From the NCBI GenBank assembly GCA_001643675.2, contig LSRY02000063.1, forward strand, positions 62,001 through 126,000: a stretch of DNA of 64,000 nucleotides, read 5' to 3'. Position 1 is the first letter of the stretch. Every line of letters begins with the position of its first letter. The notes under the pieces were generated by a model that searched no databases, was not told the DNA's origin, and worked only from the letters and a program-made list of their open reading frames with translations. This DNA is from Monocercomonoides exilis PA203. Lineage: Eukaryota > Protista > Preaxostyla. Made by a program: the position numbers and the translations under genes. This document shows positions 53,080-64,000 of this stretch, in pieces.

Positions 53080-54523
53080 TTAAACGTTAACAAAATAATC
53101 TGAAATATCCAATGATAAATTATTATCATTTTTGTATAGAAAAGAAAATATTCCAAGAAAGCTTACAATGATATCTTTATATCCTTCATCTTCCATCTTT
53201 TCAGATATCTTTCTTTTGGATGCCTTTCTTTTCGCTTCTTCAGCATTGTCAGTTGTCTTTTCTTTCAATCTTTTTGAAATACTCAAAAAGAAATGCAAAC
53301 AATTCCTTGTGATTAAATTATCCAAAGATGATTGTACCATTCCCTCCAAAATACAATCAATGGCGCCTTTCTTCAACAAGATTTCAACATTCACAACCCT
53401 TTTTTCTTCTGCTTTTCTTAATAAATAAGCACACCCGTTGCATATATCTCTGTAATAATCCTTCGCTTCTCGATATAACTCCACAATGCTTCTAATAAGC
53501 TTTGTAGTTTCTTCATTCCACAATTTGCATAATAAAAAGCAATGATCAATATTATAGAGCCATCTCCAGATAATATGCACTTCTATTCTTCCATTTTCTT
53601 CTTTATATCTCTTCCAATCTACACACTTCTCGAGCTCTTCCAGCTCTTTTGCTGCCTCTTTCATAAAATGAAGCTCATTCACAATCATTTCCTCTAGACT
53701 TTCGCCTTTGTGAAATCTATTAATCATAAACTGCCAAGCAGACTGATAGGAAAGATGAGTGAGGTTGTGTCGCTTTTGATGATGTTGTATTATCTCTTTG
53801 ATTTCATCCAGGTAAAGTTCTTCTGGCACTTTCTAATAAAAATTAGAAAAAGGAAATATAATAACTTCAAAAATGAAATAGATATGTTCACACATATTTA
53901 TTTCTAATGTAATTCAAAGAAAGCAAAGCCATTTCCGCTTCTTTCTTTGCGTCCTCATTTTCCTCTTTCATTAATGCAGCTTTCAAAAGACAAGGCACGC
54001 AAATTGATAATAATTCTGATGAAAACCACTCCTTATGCAAAAGATAGCATTCGCAAAGATCTATCAATAGCTTATCGTTCTTCACTTCTTTCTTCTTCTT
54101 TTCGTCAATTATCATCTTTTGAAATCTTCCGCTCAGCGAAGAACTATCAAAGAATAGGTTTCTGACATTTTTCAGCGCTTTGCAATATCCCACGGACTTC
54201 AACAACAAAATTGCGCTTTCCAATGACAATGTCTTTTCCTCAATCATTTTGTCCATTTTATAATGCATTCCAGTTGTGAAAACTGATCCAAAATTCTTTT
54301 TTATTCATTTCATTAACTATTTCATTCAATTCCTCTATTTTCTTTCTCTGTTCATCTTTTTTGCAACATTCCAGTCCATAAAGCAATTCTTCAAAAGACA
54401 TTCAGAAAACAAAAACTTATTCAAAATTGTTCAATCCAAATAAAATGGTATTCCAGAAAACTTCACAGTTTTGGTTATCATCTGTATTCTGTCTTCAGGC
54501 TTATCACCATTTGTCAAACTCAT
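53080..54523 (-). pseudogene. disrupted member of an expanded helical-repeat hypothetical family
   Basis: Reads KFSELLYGLECCKKDEQRKKIEE...CVPCLLKAAL..EE...EMALLSL...ELYLDEIKEIIQHHQ..HNLTHLSYQSAWQF. One GT-AG intron near 53834-53893. The first intron has a GA donor and there is a +1 frameshift near 54290. Confidence 0.65.
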
Positions 54524-55096
54524 TCTGCTTGTCGCAAAAAATATACAAAAAGATAGGCAAATCTTGATAAGCAACAAAATAAAAGATAAAAACAAACAAC
54601 ATTGATTATCAAGCAAAATTTTAATAATCTCAATATATTCTGTTTTGCTTTTGCATTATATTAATATGTGCAATAGAAAATGTTTGGAGGTCAATTGGAT
54701 TGGCTTTAAAAGAACAAAATAAAGAAATCTTTTTTTCTGTTTGATCAAACCAACAGAAAATATGAAGGTTTTTTATTTCTGAAGTTCTTTTTTCTGGAGT
54801 TAATTATTGTGGTTTTTATAAAAGACAAACTGAGATTGAAAGATATTTTTATTTTTCTCATTTCATCCACTTTACACTCTTTTCTTCATTTTTGAATATT
54901 TTCATAATATGATAAATATTTTTTCCTTTGTTGGACTAAGAATTGATGAAAAGTTATGTGTTTTGAAATTGACTTTTTTCGTGTCTTTGATTTCAGTAAA
55001 TTTCGCAATTAATTGTACAATATAAAAGAATAGCATTCGAACAATTGAGTGTTAAAAACATTTGCAGATGTTTTTGTGTAAAATTGACATAATACC

Positions 55097-57437
55097 ATCG
55101 GTGGAAAAAGCGGTAGTTGGTGGGAAAAGCGGTAGTTGGAGGAACTGAAATAATGAAAGTTTTCTATCCTGTTATTCTTTTGATATGACTTAAGCATGTT
55201 GCATTTTGACAATTATTACTTGTAGAACAGAAATATGAATAAATAAATGGAAAAAAGGTGTTAAACTTTATTATCAACAGCTTGTTTTAATTTTAAGAGA
55301 TATGTGAATTGGAAAAATAAGACATTCGCAGTTCTGAAAAAATAAATATCTTCATTCACATCAACTTCTACATAAAATTTGATCCATTCAAATTGTTGTG
55401 GTTTCAATTTCTGAATCAAATTCATCTTCAATTTTTCTCCTTTTTCTTGTTCTCATCTTTATTTTCTGATCAAAGGTTAATGTTCCCTCCTCTTCGTATA
55501 TGCAACTGATTTCATTTCCGTAAACATAATTATCATCAATTCTTTTTTTTCGATGTCTAATTTTTCTTTTCTTCATTATCTCCGATCCATCGCTTTCGTT
55601 TTGCTCTTCTTTATCTTCTACTCCTTTTTATTCGTTTGCAATTGCTTTTTCGTGTGTTATTTCCATTTCCTTAATCTCAATCGCAGGTGTTTGTGGACAT
55701 TTTTCTTATAATTGTCGTTTTTCTTTTGAAGAAAAATCTCTAAAAACGCATTTCTTCATATCTGTTGTGGATTAATATGAAGAAGATGATTTTTTTGACG
55801 ACAAAGCTGTTCCGCACACTTTGGATAACACAGGAGCAGCAGCAACAGGATGAACTCCAGTGTTTAAAAATGCAGATTTTATTACAGAAGGAGAAGTTGC
55901 AGCAGACAAAGCTTCTGGCAACACATCTGCTAAAGCTTTTCTGAAAGAAGAAGTCGTTAAATTTGAAGGTCTAACAAATGAATTTTGAAGAACAAGTTTT
56001 AATCAAGAAAACACGCAATTGTCACACGGCTGTAAAAGGTGTGTCATATTCGGAGGAAAGGTTTCGACGATGATATTGTTATGATTGGCAAACGAAATTA
56101 CCTCCGAATCAAAATGAGTACGGTGATTGTCTAATAATAACAGAGCTTTCTTCGATTTTGACATTATCAGTTAATTTGCAATCAACGAAATCCATTTCTG
56201 AATCATAATAAATCGAAATGTTTCCGAAGTTATCCAACCCGACGAAGAACCTATGAAAGAAATATTAAATGAAGATAAAAAAGAAAACTCTTGTGGCATT
56301 TTATTTCGTGGGTATATAAGTATATGTGGAAGATGAGACACGTCGGCACAAATGCAAACACATAAAGTTGCATTTTCAGTTTTTGGAAATGCAGGAGGAG
56401 AAGGCGTCGTTTGGTTTTTGAGGCAAACAATAAGCTTTTCTGTTCCTTTTCCAATATGAACAGAGGATTCATCAAAGTTGTATATGTCTGTCGAATCAAT
56501 GTTGTTCGTTGTAATAATGGAAGACAACTTTTGGAACAATTCACGAATTGTTTCTGGGGATTGCGCACGGATTTTTGTAATTTCCATTGGTCTGGAAATG
56601 CATGCCTTTAATACTGAGTTTTCTTTTGTGAGATTAAAGGCATACATCGAATTAACTTTTATCCTTTCTTCGTCTCTTTCACAACTTGTATTTAAAACTT
56701 CCTGGATCTTAAAAAACAAAGTTGTTAAAAAATAAAATGATCAACTCACAAAACCATCGATTGAATGTCCTTAACTCTGACATTTTTTTGTTCGGACAGC
56801 AGTGCGATGACTTGGTTTTCAACTCTTTCCAGCTGTTCACTTGTAATTATTGATGGTCGGCCTATTTTCCCCACTTCACGATTTGCTTTCATCGCTGCTA
56901 TTCCTCTTTCCCATGCACCGTTTGAAATCAAATTGGAACCCACTGCAGTTTTCCATGATAGAAAGTATTTCTTTTTAATTTCGAAGATCTTTTGTGATGG
57001 AGATGAATATTTACGATAGTCGTATGTTGCCATCAAACGATGAAGAAGGTTTGGAGTGATTTTTTTTTTGAAGCGTCCATTATTGCACATTCGATCAAAA
57101 ACTTTTTTGATAGAGTTTTATTTTCAAAGATCAAAATTTGTTTCCAAACAGCTATTTCAGAATAAATAACATTATATTCAAGTTATTTCTTCTGATTTTT
57201 AAATGTGATGAAGTATTTTTGACAACAGCAGTTTGAACAAACCGCTATTTTTTTACGAAGGTTCAGAGAATTTTTCAATCATTAAACCAGTCGATTAATA
57301 AAAAATTTATCACATTGAACTTTCACAGGTGTGAATGTTCTTAATCTTTCTAATTTTTATGTTTTTTCCAAAAGATTCTTCTTTTCGAACAACTTGAACT
57401 ACAGTTTTTCCCACCAACTACCGCTTATTCCACCGAT
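55097..57437 (-). mobile_element. decayed pogo-like DD35D transposon with ~32-bp TIRs
   Basis: TIR ATCGGTGGAAAAAGCGGTAGTTGGTGGGAAAA (55097-55128) pairs with TTTTCCCACCAACTACCGCTTATTCCACCGAT (57406-57437). Confidence 0.88.
55700..57090 (-). pseudogene. pogo-like transposase pseudogene
   Basis: HTH exon, intron 56708-56754, then IYNFDESS, LLLLDNH and QPCD (35-residue spacing). In-frame TAA at 56171 and TGA near 56003. The 3' limit is approximate. Confidence 0.85.
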
Positions 57438-57584
57438 AGAACATCCAATTTTTTAAAAGAATGAAGCTAATATGGAATAACAAACAAAGCACTCGTCACT
57501 CTATTTCAGGATCATATTTCGAATCACATCATATTTCGCTTTCGTTTTCATATCTTTCTATCAATCTATCTTTTTCTGTCAATT

Positions 57585-58770
57585 TCAAAACAATTCAAGA
57601 ATAATTCCTTCCACATTCTTTTCCAATTGCTTGAAAACGGCTTGTTTTCCAGACTGATCGATTTCTCCTGTCAAAAGAAGATGTTTTCTTTGTGCCGTCA
57701 CATTGACCGATAATTGTGCGATTGCTTGCCTCAAAAAATCTTCTTGTGTTTGGTGCAGCTTACACAACCGTCTCTTCACACTGCGCTTTTGCCATCCTCA
57801 TCTTCTTCAACTGGAGCAGCACTCCGATCAACTTCGCCATTCCGGAGGCGGAAAATCGAAGAGAAGAAGGCTGCAGCGGATAAGCAACCATCATCATCTT
57901 TTCCACCAACTCCTTCAATCAACACTTCCGATGCCCCTGCAGAAGTAGCGTTTTTCACTCAGACAGCAGTAACAGACAAAACATAGAGAAATGCGTGATG
58001 AATATGAGTGAAGAATACTGTTGTCACAGCTGGAGCTGCTAACACCATAGACACAATAGACACTTCAGACGATGTAGCGTTATGTAGTGTACATAACCGA
58101 TGTGGCCCTTTTGGAAACGCTTTCTGTTCCTCTGTTGGCGCCTCTTCCTTCGCTTGAAGTGTCTGTGGGAGCAAAGTCGGGGAGCAAGTGGATATTTGCT
58201 TCAGCAGATGTGAATGCGTTCCCATCAATCGACGATCTGTTTGACCTGTAGCTGCAGATATGGCGATCGCAACAGTGAAGCCGGGTGATGACATGATAGG
58301 GTGAGGTGTTGTCGTGTGCGAAGGGGGTGAAATTGTGGAGAAGACGTTGGAGTTGGTGGAGTTGAGGATGGAGGATGTGGTTCAATCGCTGATAGCAATT
58401 GTGCTGGCGGTGATAGAAGAGCGAAAGGATGTAGAGGGAGGCAAAGAGGGAGAAGAAAAGGGAAAAGAAGATGGAGAAGAAGATGGAGGGAGAGAGGGAG
58501 GTGATTTGAATGAGGAGAAAGGCGAGTATCCGATCGCTCACAGAGAGCTTGTGGAAAGAATTAAAGAGGACCAGGGGAAGCTGGAAGAAGCGAATGGCTC
58601 CGCTGGTTGTGGAGACGCTTGGGCTGAGGAGGCTGAGGTTAATGAAGGTGAAGACACATACAGAGGCAGACAAGCAGCATTCAGTGGAATCTGAAGTGTG
58701 CAGTTCTTCTCCATCTGATGGCATTCAACAGGAGAACAGAAGAAGAAGCAGCAGATGTCCCTTTTAGTAT
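57585..58770. other. GC-richer degenerate coding-like fragments of unknown origin
   Basis: Elevated GC and several broken ORFs on both strands; no recognisable domain. Confidence 0.25.
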
Positions 58771-58947
58771 AACTTCAGATGAAAGCAAAAAAAAAGTGTG
58801 GGGAAAGATGTTGAGCAGGTGGAAATTTCGACAAAAGGATTTGCAACAAATGAGGAGTCTGGGAGAGAGGGTAGTTTTATTGATTTGGAAAAGAAGGACA
58901 AGAAGAAATTATTGAAGAAATAGAAGTAATAGAAGAAGATGAAGGAG

Positions 58948-58980
<33 letters not shown>

Positions 58981-60214
58981 GAGGGGAGGAGGGGGAAGAG
59001 GATGAAGAGAAAGAAGAAGATGAAAATATTTCTGTGTTTGAGGATGAATGTGAATCAACAATCATGTTATTTTAGTCATTTGCTTTTGTTTGGATTTGAA
59101 ATTCTTTCGTTAAAGAAGAAGAAACAGAAAACAAAGATGATGGAAATAAAGTTGAGGATTCTGAAGGATAAGAAGATGATGAAGATGAAGATGAAGAAGA
59201 GAAGGAAGATGAGCGAGTGGAAGACGAGTGAGAGGAAGAAGAAGGCAAAGGAAAAAAGGAAAAGGAGGAGGAGACGAAGAATTCAATGGAAATGAAGAAG
59301 AAGAAGAACGAGATGATGATGACGATGAATGTGAAAAAAAGAGGGGAAGAAAATCAGATCTGTTAAAATGAATCGCTCTCACTCACAAAAACATTTCATT
59401 CAAATAAAGAAATATTCACAAAAAGGAGAACAACTAACAAATGAAAATAAAGAAACAAATTAACAAAATAGAAAACAAAATTATTTAAAAATTCAGAAAT
59501 CATTAAAAAATAAAAATTAACAAAAAAGAATTGCTTTTCATATTCATGGATAATATTTCCTTGATTCATATTTCTTTCAAAATAAAACTCGCAAAATTAT
59601 TATTCTTGTTAAAACAAACTTTTATTTTTTAAAAAGAATTAATTGTCTATCACAAAGGACATCAAACATTATGGAACATCATATAAAAATGTCAATGGAA
59701 GAGAAAAATTTATGCACATAAAAATGCAATCAAGTTTTATTCTTTTCAAAAATGAATATTAATGAAAATGCAAAACTGAAAATAATTCTTCAAAAACATA
59801 AATAAACAATTTGAAAAATAAAGCCGTTCATTTACAATGAAGTTTTGACTTCTGTCAAAGCGTAAAAAAAAATGAAATGAAATAATATTTAATTAAGGTT
59901 TATTCATTGAGAATAAACATTTTTGCTTTCATTCGATATATTCTTAAATAATGAGAAGTGTTCTGTCCCTTTGGAAGCATAATTCAAAACTATTTGTTCA
60001 TATCAACAAAAAAAAGATTTTTGAAAATATTATAAAAAAAATGAACACTAACTGACTTGAGCCACCTTTTCCAAGATAAAGCAAATGAAAATATAAATCA
60101 AAAATTTTATAAGGTGAGTTTTGGATGAAAAATAGAAAATTAATTTGATTCAAATTTTAAAGTTATATATTAGCATTGATCAAAATAGTACTTTTTTGAA
60201 AAGTGCTTTAAAGA

Positions 60215-63094
60215 ATGTTTTTGGGATTAATTCTTTTCAAAATTGTAATAAACATTTATGCGAAAGAAGATCCATCAAATCCTCAAGCAGTTTACGTGAA
60301 GCAAAGTGGGAACGAAAGTTACAGCGGTTTGGAGATAGGGCAGGAAAAGCAATCACTGAAGGATGCATATAATCTGCTGGGCGATGGTAGCATATGCAAC
60401 ATGAAAATTGTTTACGATACAAAACCATTGACTGCAGAAGTCATTACATATAACAATAAACAAAAAGTAACGATTGAAGGTGTGAATAGCGATGGAAGTG
60501 GGAACATTGAAGTTGCAATAGACTATGACATTCATCCAGGCGAAGATCTATTTAAATGCTATTGTGCTGTGGAATTCAAATACTTGGCATTTCATTTCCC
60601 AACAACGTTGAGAAATGAAAGTCAAGACTATGGATCGTTTGATTTGATATACAGTTTTATGGCATCCTTGTCAATTAGCAACTGTAGGTTTATTCGGCCA
60701 AAAGCTGAAGGAAGCATGGATAATTGTCGTCTTGTTTACCAAGTTCGAGGATCATTGACAATGGACTCAGTTGAGTGCGCGGATGAATCTAAAACATTAA
60801 CATCGAAGAGTGGACTGTTTGTGATTTGTGAATGCGAAACAGTGATATTGTCAAATTTGACTTTGAAGAAAGTTGAAACAAATGCATATGCTGTTTTTGA
60901 GATCTTAGGTTACAATAAATGTGATGTCACATTGAATGGAAGCAATTTTCAGGAATGCAAAACAGTTCTTTACGGATCATTGTATGTTAGCTTCAAAAAT
61001 GGCGAAAGCACATTTACTGTTGGAGATGATGGCGTCACCACTTTTTCTTATTGCAGTTGCAATTATTATCAAGGTTCTGGAGGAATATATCTTCAAATGC
61101 CAGCTATTGAATCAGCAAGTCAGCTTAACTGGCCTGAAGATGGAAGGAATCTGATATTTGACAGATGTACAGCAGGAGAAAGCGAATCAAAAAGGAACGT
61201 TGGGTTATGTTTAGAGATGGCTAATGACTCATTATTCGAAGACATAGCGTTAGCAATGAAGAAGAGTTTTGCAGCTAATTACACACGAAGCAGAAACATG
61301 TGGAATGTAGCTGGAATTGAAAATAATAACTACGAAGCATTTGATTTTGTATCCAAGTATTTAGATCCTTTACTGCCCCCATCGCAAGATGTTTCAAAGA
61401 TTTATGTGAAGTCTGGAGGCCCTGGGAATGGTGAAAGCTCAGAAAGACCAATTTACAGTTTGAAGGAGGCCAATGAATTGTTGGGAATGATCGCAAGAGA
61501 AGACATATTTGGAATTGCAATATTAAAATCCGACGATCCACTTGAAGCAGAAGCAATGACATTAAGCAAGAGCCGTGGGATAATCATTGAAGGAGTTAGC
61601 AGTGACGGAGATGGAAATGTTGAGGTGGCAATCGAATGTGATGTTAGGAGAACGTATAATTTATTCACATGTGAAAAAGAGGTGGAATTCAAATATTTGG
61701 CATTCAATTTTCCCACGTCAGAGAACAAATGGGAGTCTTTAATTTTTGGAAATATGATGTCAACCTCACTCACGATCAGCAATTGCCGATTTGTCAGAGT
61801 AAGTTCGCAATCATCAGAAGGAGGAATTGTCACATGTGTCGATGGAGATGATTTCGTTGTGGGCAGTCTTGTAAGCGTTAGCGGGGGAAAAGTTACGATG
61901 AACAATGTTTCGTGCACAGATGATTCAATTTGTGTTTCGTTTTCGTCATCGCTGTTTTATTTCAGCGGAACAAGGGAAGTGTCTTTGAATGGAGTGGAGA
62001 TCAGCAACGTGAAAATTTTATACGATTCTGCCATTTTTATTTTGGATTCAGAAGACGAAGCTGTGAACTTTTCTATTGAAGGGCTGAGCATGAATGAAGT
62101 GAATTCAGAGAATGGAAAAGTGGCTGGGTTGGAGATTTCTTTGAGTTCGGAAGAGTCTAAAGTGGAAATTGGAAGGACAAGCAAATGCACATTCAAGTCA
62201 TGCACAGCGCCAAAAGGGAAAGCCGGGGCAATATCCATTGGCATGCCAAAGGCAACATCGAATCTTCAGCTTCCTTCTGCCAATAATCTTGAGATTGACA
62301 GCTCAAACACAGCGAATTCAACAGCGAGATCAATATGCATCATTGCCCCAGATTTTGATGAGTTCTGCAAACAAGACGGTGCGTTTGAGTTTGCGAATGA
62401 TTATGACAATTCAACAGCTGGGTGGATTGTGGGTGCAGAAAATGAAGTATCAGAACCAACTGATGTGTATGAGAAGTATTTGAAAGGGAAAAAAGATAAG
62501 CCGAAGGAAGACGAATCAAAAGAAGAGAAGGAATCAGAAGGAAAAGAAGGAAATGGAGAAGAAGAGAAGCCATTTGCTTGGTGGATTATTCTAATTGTTG
62601 TTGGAGTTGTTGCAGTTGTGGCAGTTGTTTGTATCATTTTGGTTGTGACGATGAAGAAGAAGAAGAAGAAGAAGAAGAAGAAGAAGAAGAAGAAGATATT
62701 CTCAAAGAAGCAGCAGATACATGTGGAGGAGGAAGAAGATGGATTTGAAGGAAAAGAAGGTGGAAAGGAAGAAAGAGAAAGAGAAAGAGAAGAAGGAGAA
62801 AGCAAAACAGCAAAGAATAGAGTTAAAGAAGATAATTCGAATTCAAGTGAAAATGCATCTTCCATTCAACATTTGAACAATACAACAAATGATATTAATG
62901 AATCAATAGAACATTTTGAAAAAAGGGGGAAGAAGGAAGGAATAAGCAGTGAATTCATTGAAGAAGCTGTGAATCAGGTTTTGTCTTCTTCTTCTTCTGT
63001 GCTGAATGAAGAAGGACTGCAAGGAAATGAGTTAGCAGCGAACATGAAAGGATTTATTACAGAAACAAATATTGTATCGCCTTTATCTGAATAA
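60215..63094 (+). CDS. type I membrane protein with a tandemly duplicated ~360-aa ectodomain module
   Basis: Signal peptide; two copies of YVK..G...SLK.A..LLG...PL.AE...IEGV.SDG.GN.EVAI...LF.C...VEFKYLAF.FPT...SL.ISNCRF.R; TM WWIILIVVGVVAVVAVVCIILVVTM followed by poly-Lys. Confidence 0.85.
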   Translation: MFLGLILFKIVINIYAKEDPSNPQAVYVKQSGNESYSGLEIGQEKQSLKDAYNLLGDGSICNMKIVYDTKPLTAEVITYNNKQKVTIEGVNSDGSGNIEVAIDYDIHPGEDLFKCYCAVEFKYLAFHFPTTLRNESQDYGSFDLIYSFMASLSISNCRFIRPKAEGSMDNCRLVYQVRGSLTMDSVECADESKTLTSKSGLFVICECETVILSNLTLKKVETNAYAVFEILGYNKCDVTLNGSNFQECKTVLYGSLYVSFKNGESTFTVGDDGVTTFSYCSCNYYQGSGGIYLQMPAIESASQLNWPEDGRNLIFDRCTAGESESKRNVGLCLEMANDSLFEDIALAMKKSFAANYTRSRNMWNVAGIENNNYEAFDFVSKYLDPLLPPSQDVSKIYVKSGGPGNGESSERPIYSLKEANELLGMIAREDIFGIAILKSDDPLEAEAMTLSKSRGIIIEGVSSDGDGNVEVAIECDVRRTYNLFTCEKEVEFKYLAFNFPTSENKWESLIFGNMMSTSLTISNCRFVRVSSQSSEGGIVTCVDGDDFVVGSLVSVSGGKVTMNNVSCTDDSICVSFSSSLFYFSGTREVSLNGVEISNVKILYDSAIFILDSEDEAVNFSIEGLSMNEVNSENGKVAGLEISLSSEESKVEIGRTSKCTFKSCTAPKGKAGAISIGMPKATSNLQLPSANNLEIDSSNTANSTARSICIIAPDFDEFCKQDGAFEFANDYDNSTAGWIVGAENEVSEPTDVYEKYLKGKKDKPKEDESKEEKESEGKEGNGEEEKPFAWWIILIVVGVVAVVAVVCIILVVTMKKKKKKKKKKKKKKIFSKKQQIHVEEEEDGFEGKEGGKEEREREREEGESKTAKNRVKEDNSNSSENASSIQHLNNTTNDINESIEHFEKRGKKEGISSEFIEEAVNQVLSSSSSVLNEEGLQGNELAANMKGFITETNIVSPLSE

Positions 63095-63456
63095 CCAAAG
63101 GGGAATATATGAAAATGGACAAGGAAGATATCAAAGAAAGTGATGCATCTGAAGAGAAAGAGAAAGGAAAGGAAAGAAATGAAAAAGAAGGAAAATGAAG
63201 AACAAAATGATGAATGATGAACATAAACATGTTGAAAGAAAAAGAGAATAGGAAAAAGAAAGCTAATTGAAGGGAATTTGCTTCAAATGAATTGTTTTAT
63301 TAATGCCATTGCCTTCAACATCTTCTGTTGTTTGTAGAAATTTCACTGGAAATTGTTCATTTGTGCTGAAAACAAAGGTTTTCTGATTGAACAAGAAAAA
63401 TTGAAGTATATTAAAATACTTTGAAGAAAAGGAAATCGTTTTCGTATTGGATGAAA

Positions 63457-63534
63457 GAAAGAGAGAAAGAGAGAAAGAGAGAAAGAGAGAAAGAGAGAAA
63501 GAGAGAAAGAGAGAAAGAGAGAAAGAGAGAAAGA
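63457..63534 (+). repeat. (GAAAGAGA)n octamer tandem repeat
   Basis: About 10 perfect copies. Confidence 0.9.
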
Positions 63535-64000
63535 TTTGAAGAAAAGGCATATTTCAGAGAATTATTGAAGTGATTGAAAAAACTGAAAGATTTCATTAAA
63601 AGGAAAAAAAAAGAAAGAAAATGAAAAAAATATATTATATTGTGATTATCATCTTATTAGATAATCCATTTTATCGTTTCTAATCTTATCTTGTCATTCT
63701 TCATTTCTTTCTTTTTAATTTTTGTTTTGTTTTATTTTTATTTACGAGTAGTCGTGATATGTGCCTATATGATTATTTTCTCGTTTTTTTTCAAAGATGT
63801 CTTCAACAACACAAATTCTTCTTCTTCTTCTTCTTCTTTTTCTTCCTTTTTTTTCGAAATGATTTTTCTCATTGAAATATCAACAGATTTTCTTTGAGGA
63901 AGCTCTTCATTGTGCTTGCAATAAAACATATTTTTTCTGTTTTTATTAATTTTGCTTCATGTTTTTCTTCTTCTCCTCTTTCTCCTTCATCTTTTTAACT

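Noticed and set aside
55100-55140. CRISPR-like direct repeats
   Set aside because: Only two adjacent copies with no spacers; part of a transposon end in a eukaryote.
39115-56173. Alternative genetic code (TAA=Gln or TGA=Trp) suggested by in-frame stops
   Set aside because: Intact genes terminate at TAA or TGA and long ORFs lack internal stops. The stops are confined to decayed copies.

Overview
AT-rich eukaryotic genomic DNA with short GT-AG spliceosomal introns (about 40-90 nt), the standard genetic code and many (GAA/TCT)n tracts inside genes. The gene families and composition resemble the oxymonad Monocercomonoides; that assignment is an inference. The dominant structure is an ~11-kb inverted duplication (about 12300-23290 vs about 40750-51760). 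Each arm carries a giant single-pass receptor with a Cys/GG-rich beta-helix-like ectodomain and a degenerate kinase C-lobe. The right copy has a TGG->TGA stop, and divergence between the copies is patchy. A kinase-less receptor with a homologous ectodomain sits head-to-head with the left arm. The ~17.5-kb spacer holds an EVH1/coiled-coil gene, RanBP1, a chromo-barrel MYST acetyltransferase with a very long Ser/Glu tail, MITE-like and fold-back elements, and a decayed pogo-like DD35D transposon. Elsewhere are an SLC49/FLVCR-like MFS transporter, a Mis12-like gene, a second TIR-bounded DD35D element, a disrupted member of an expanded helical gene family, and a type I membrane protein with an internal duplication. 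No rRNA, tRNA or CRISPR array was recognised. All alignments and gene models were made by eye.
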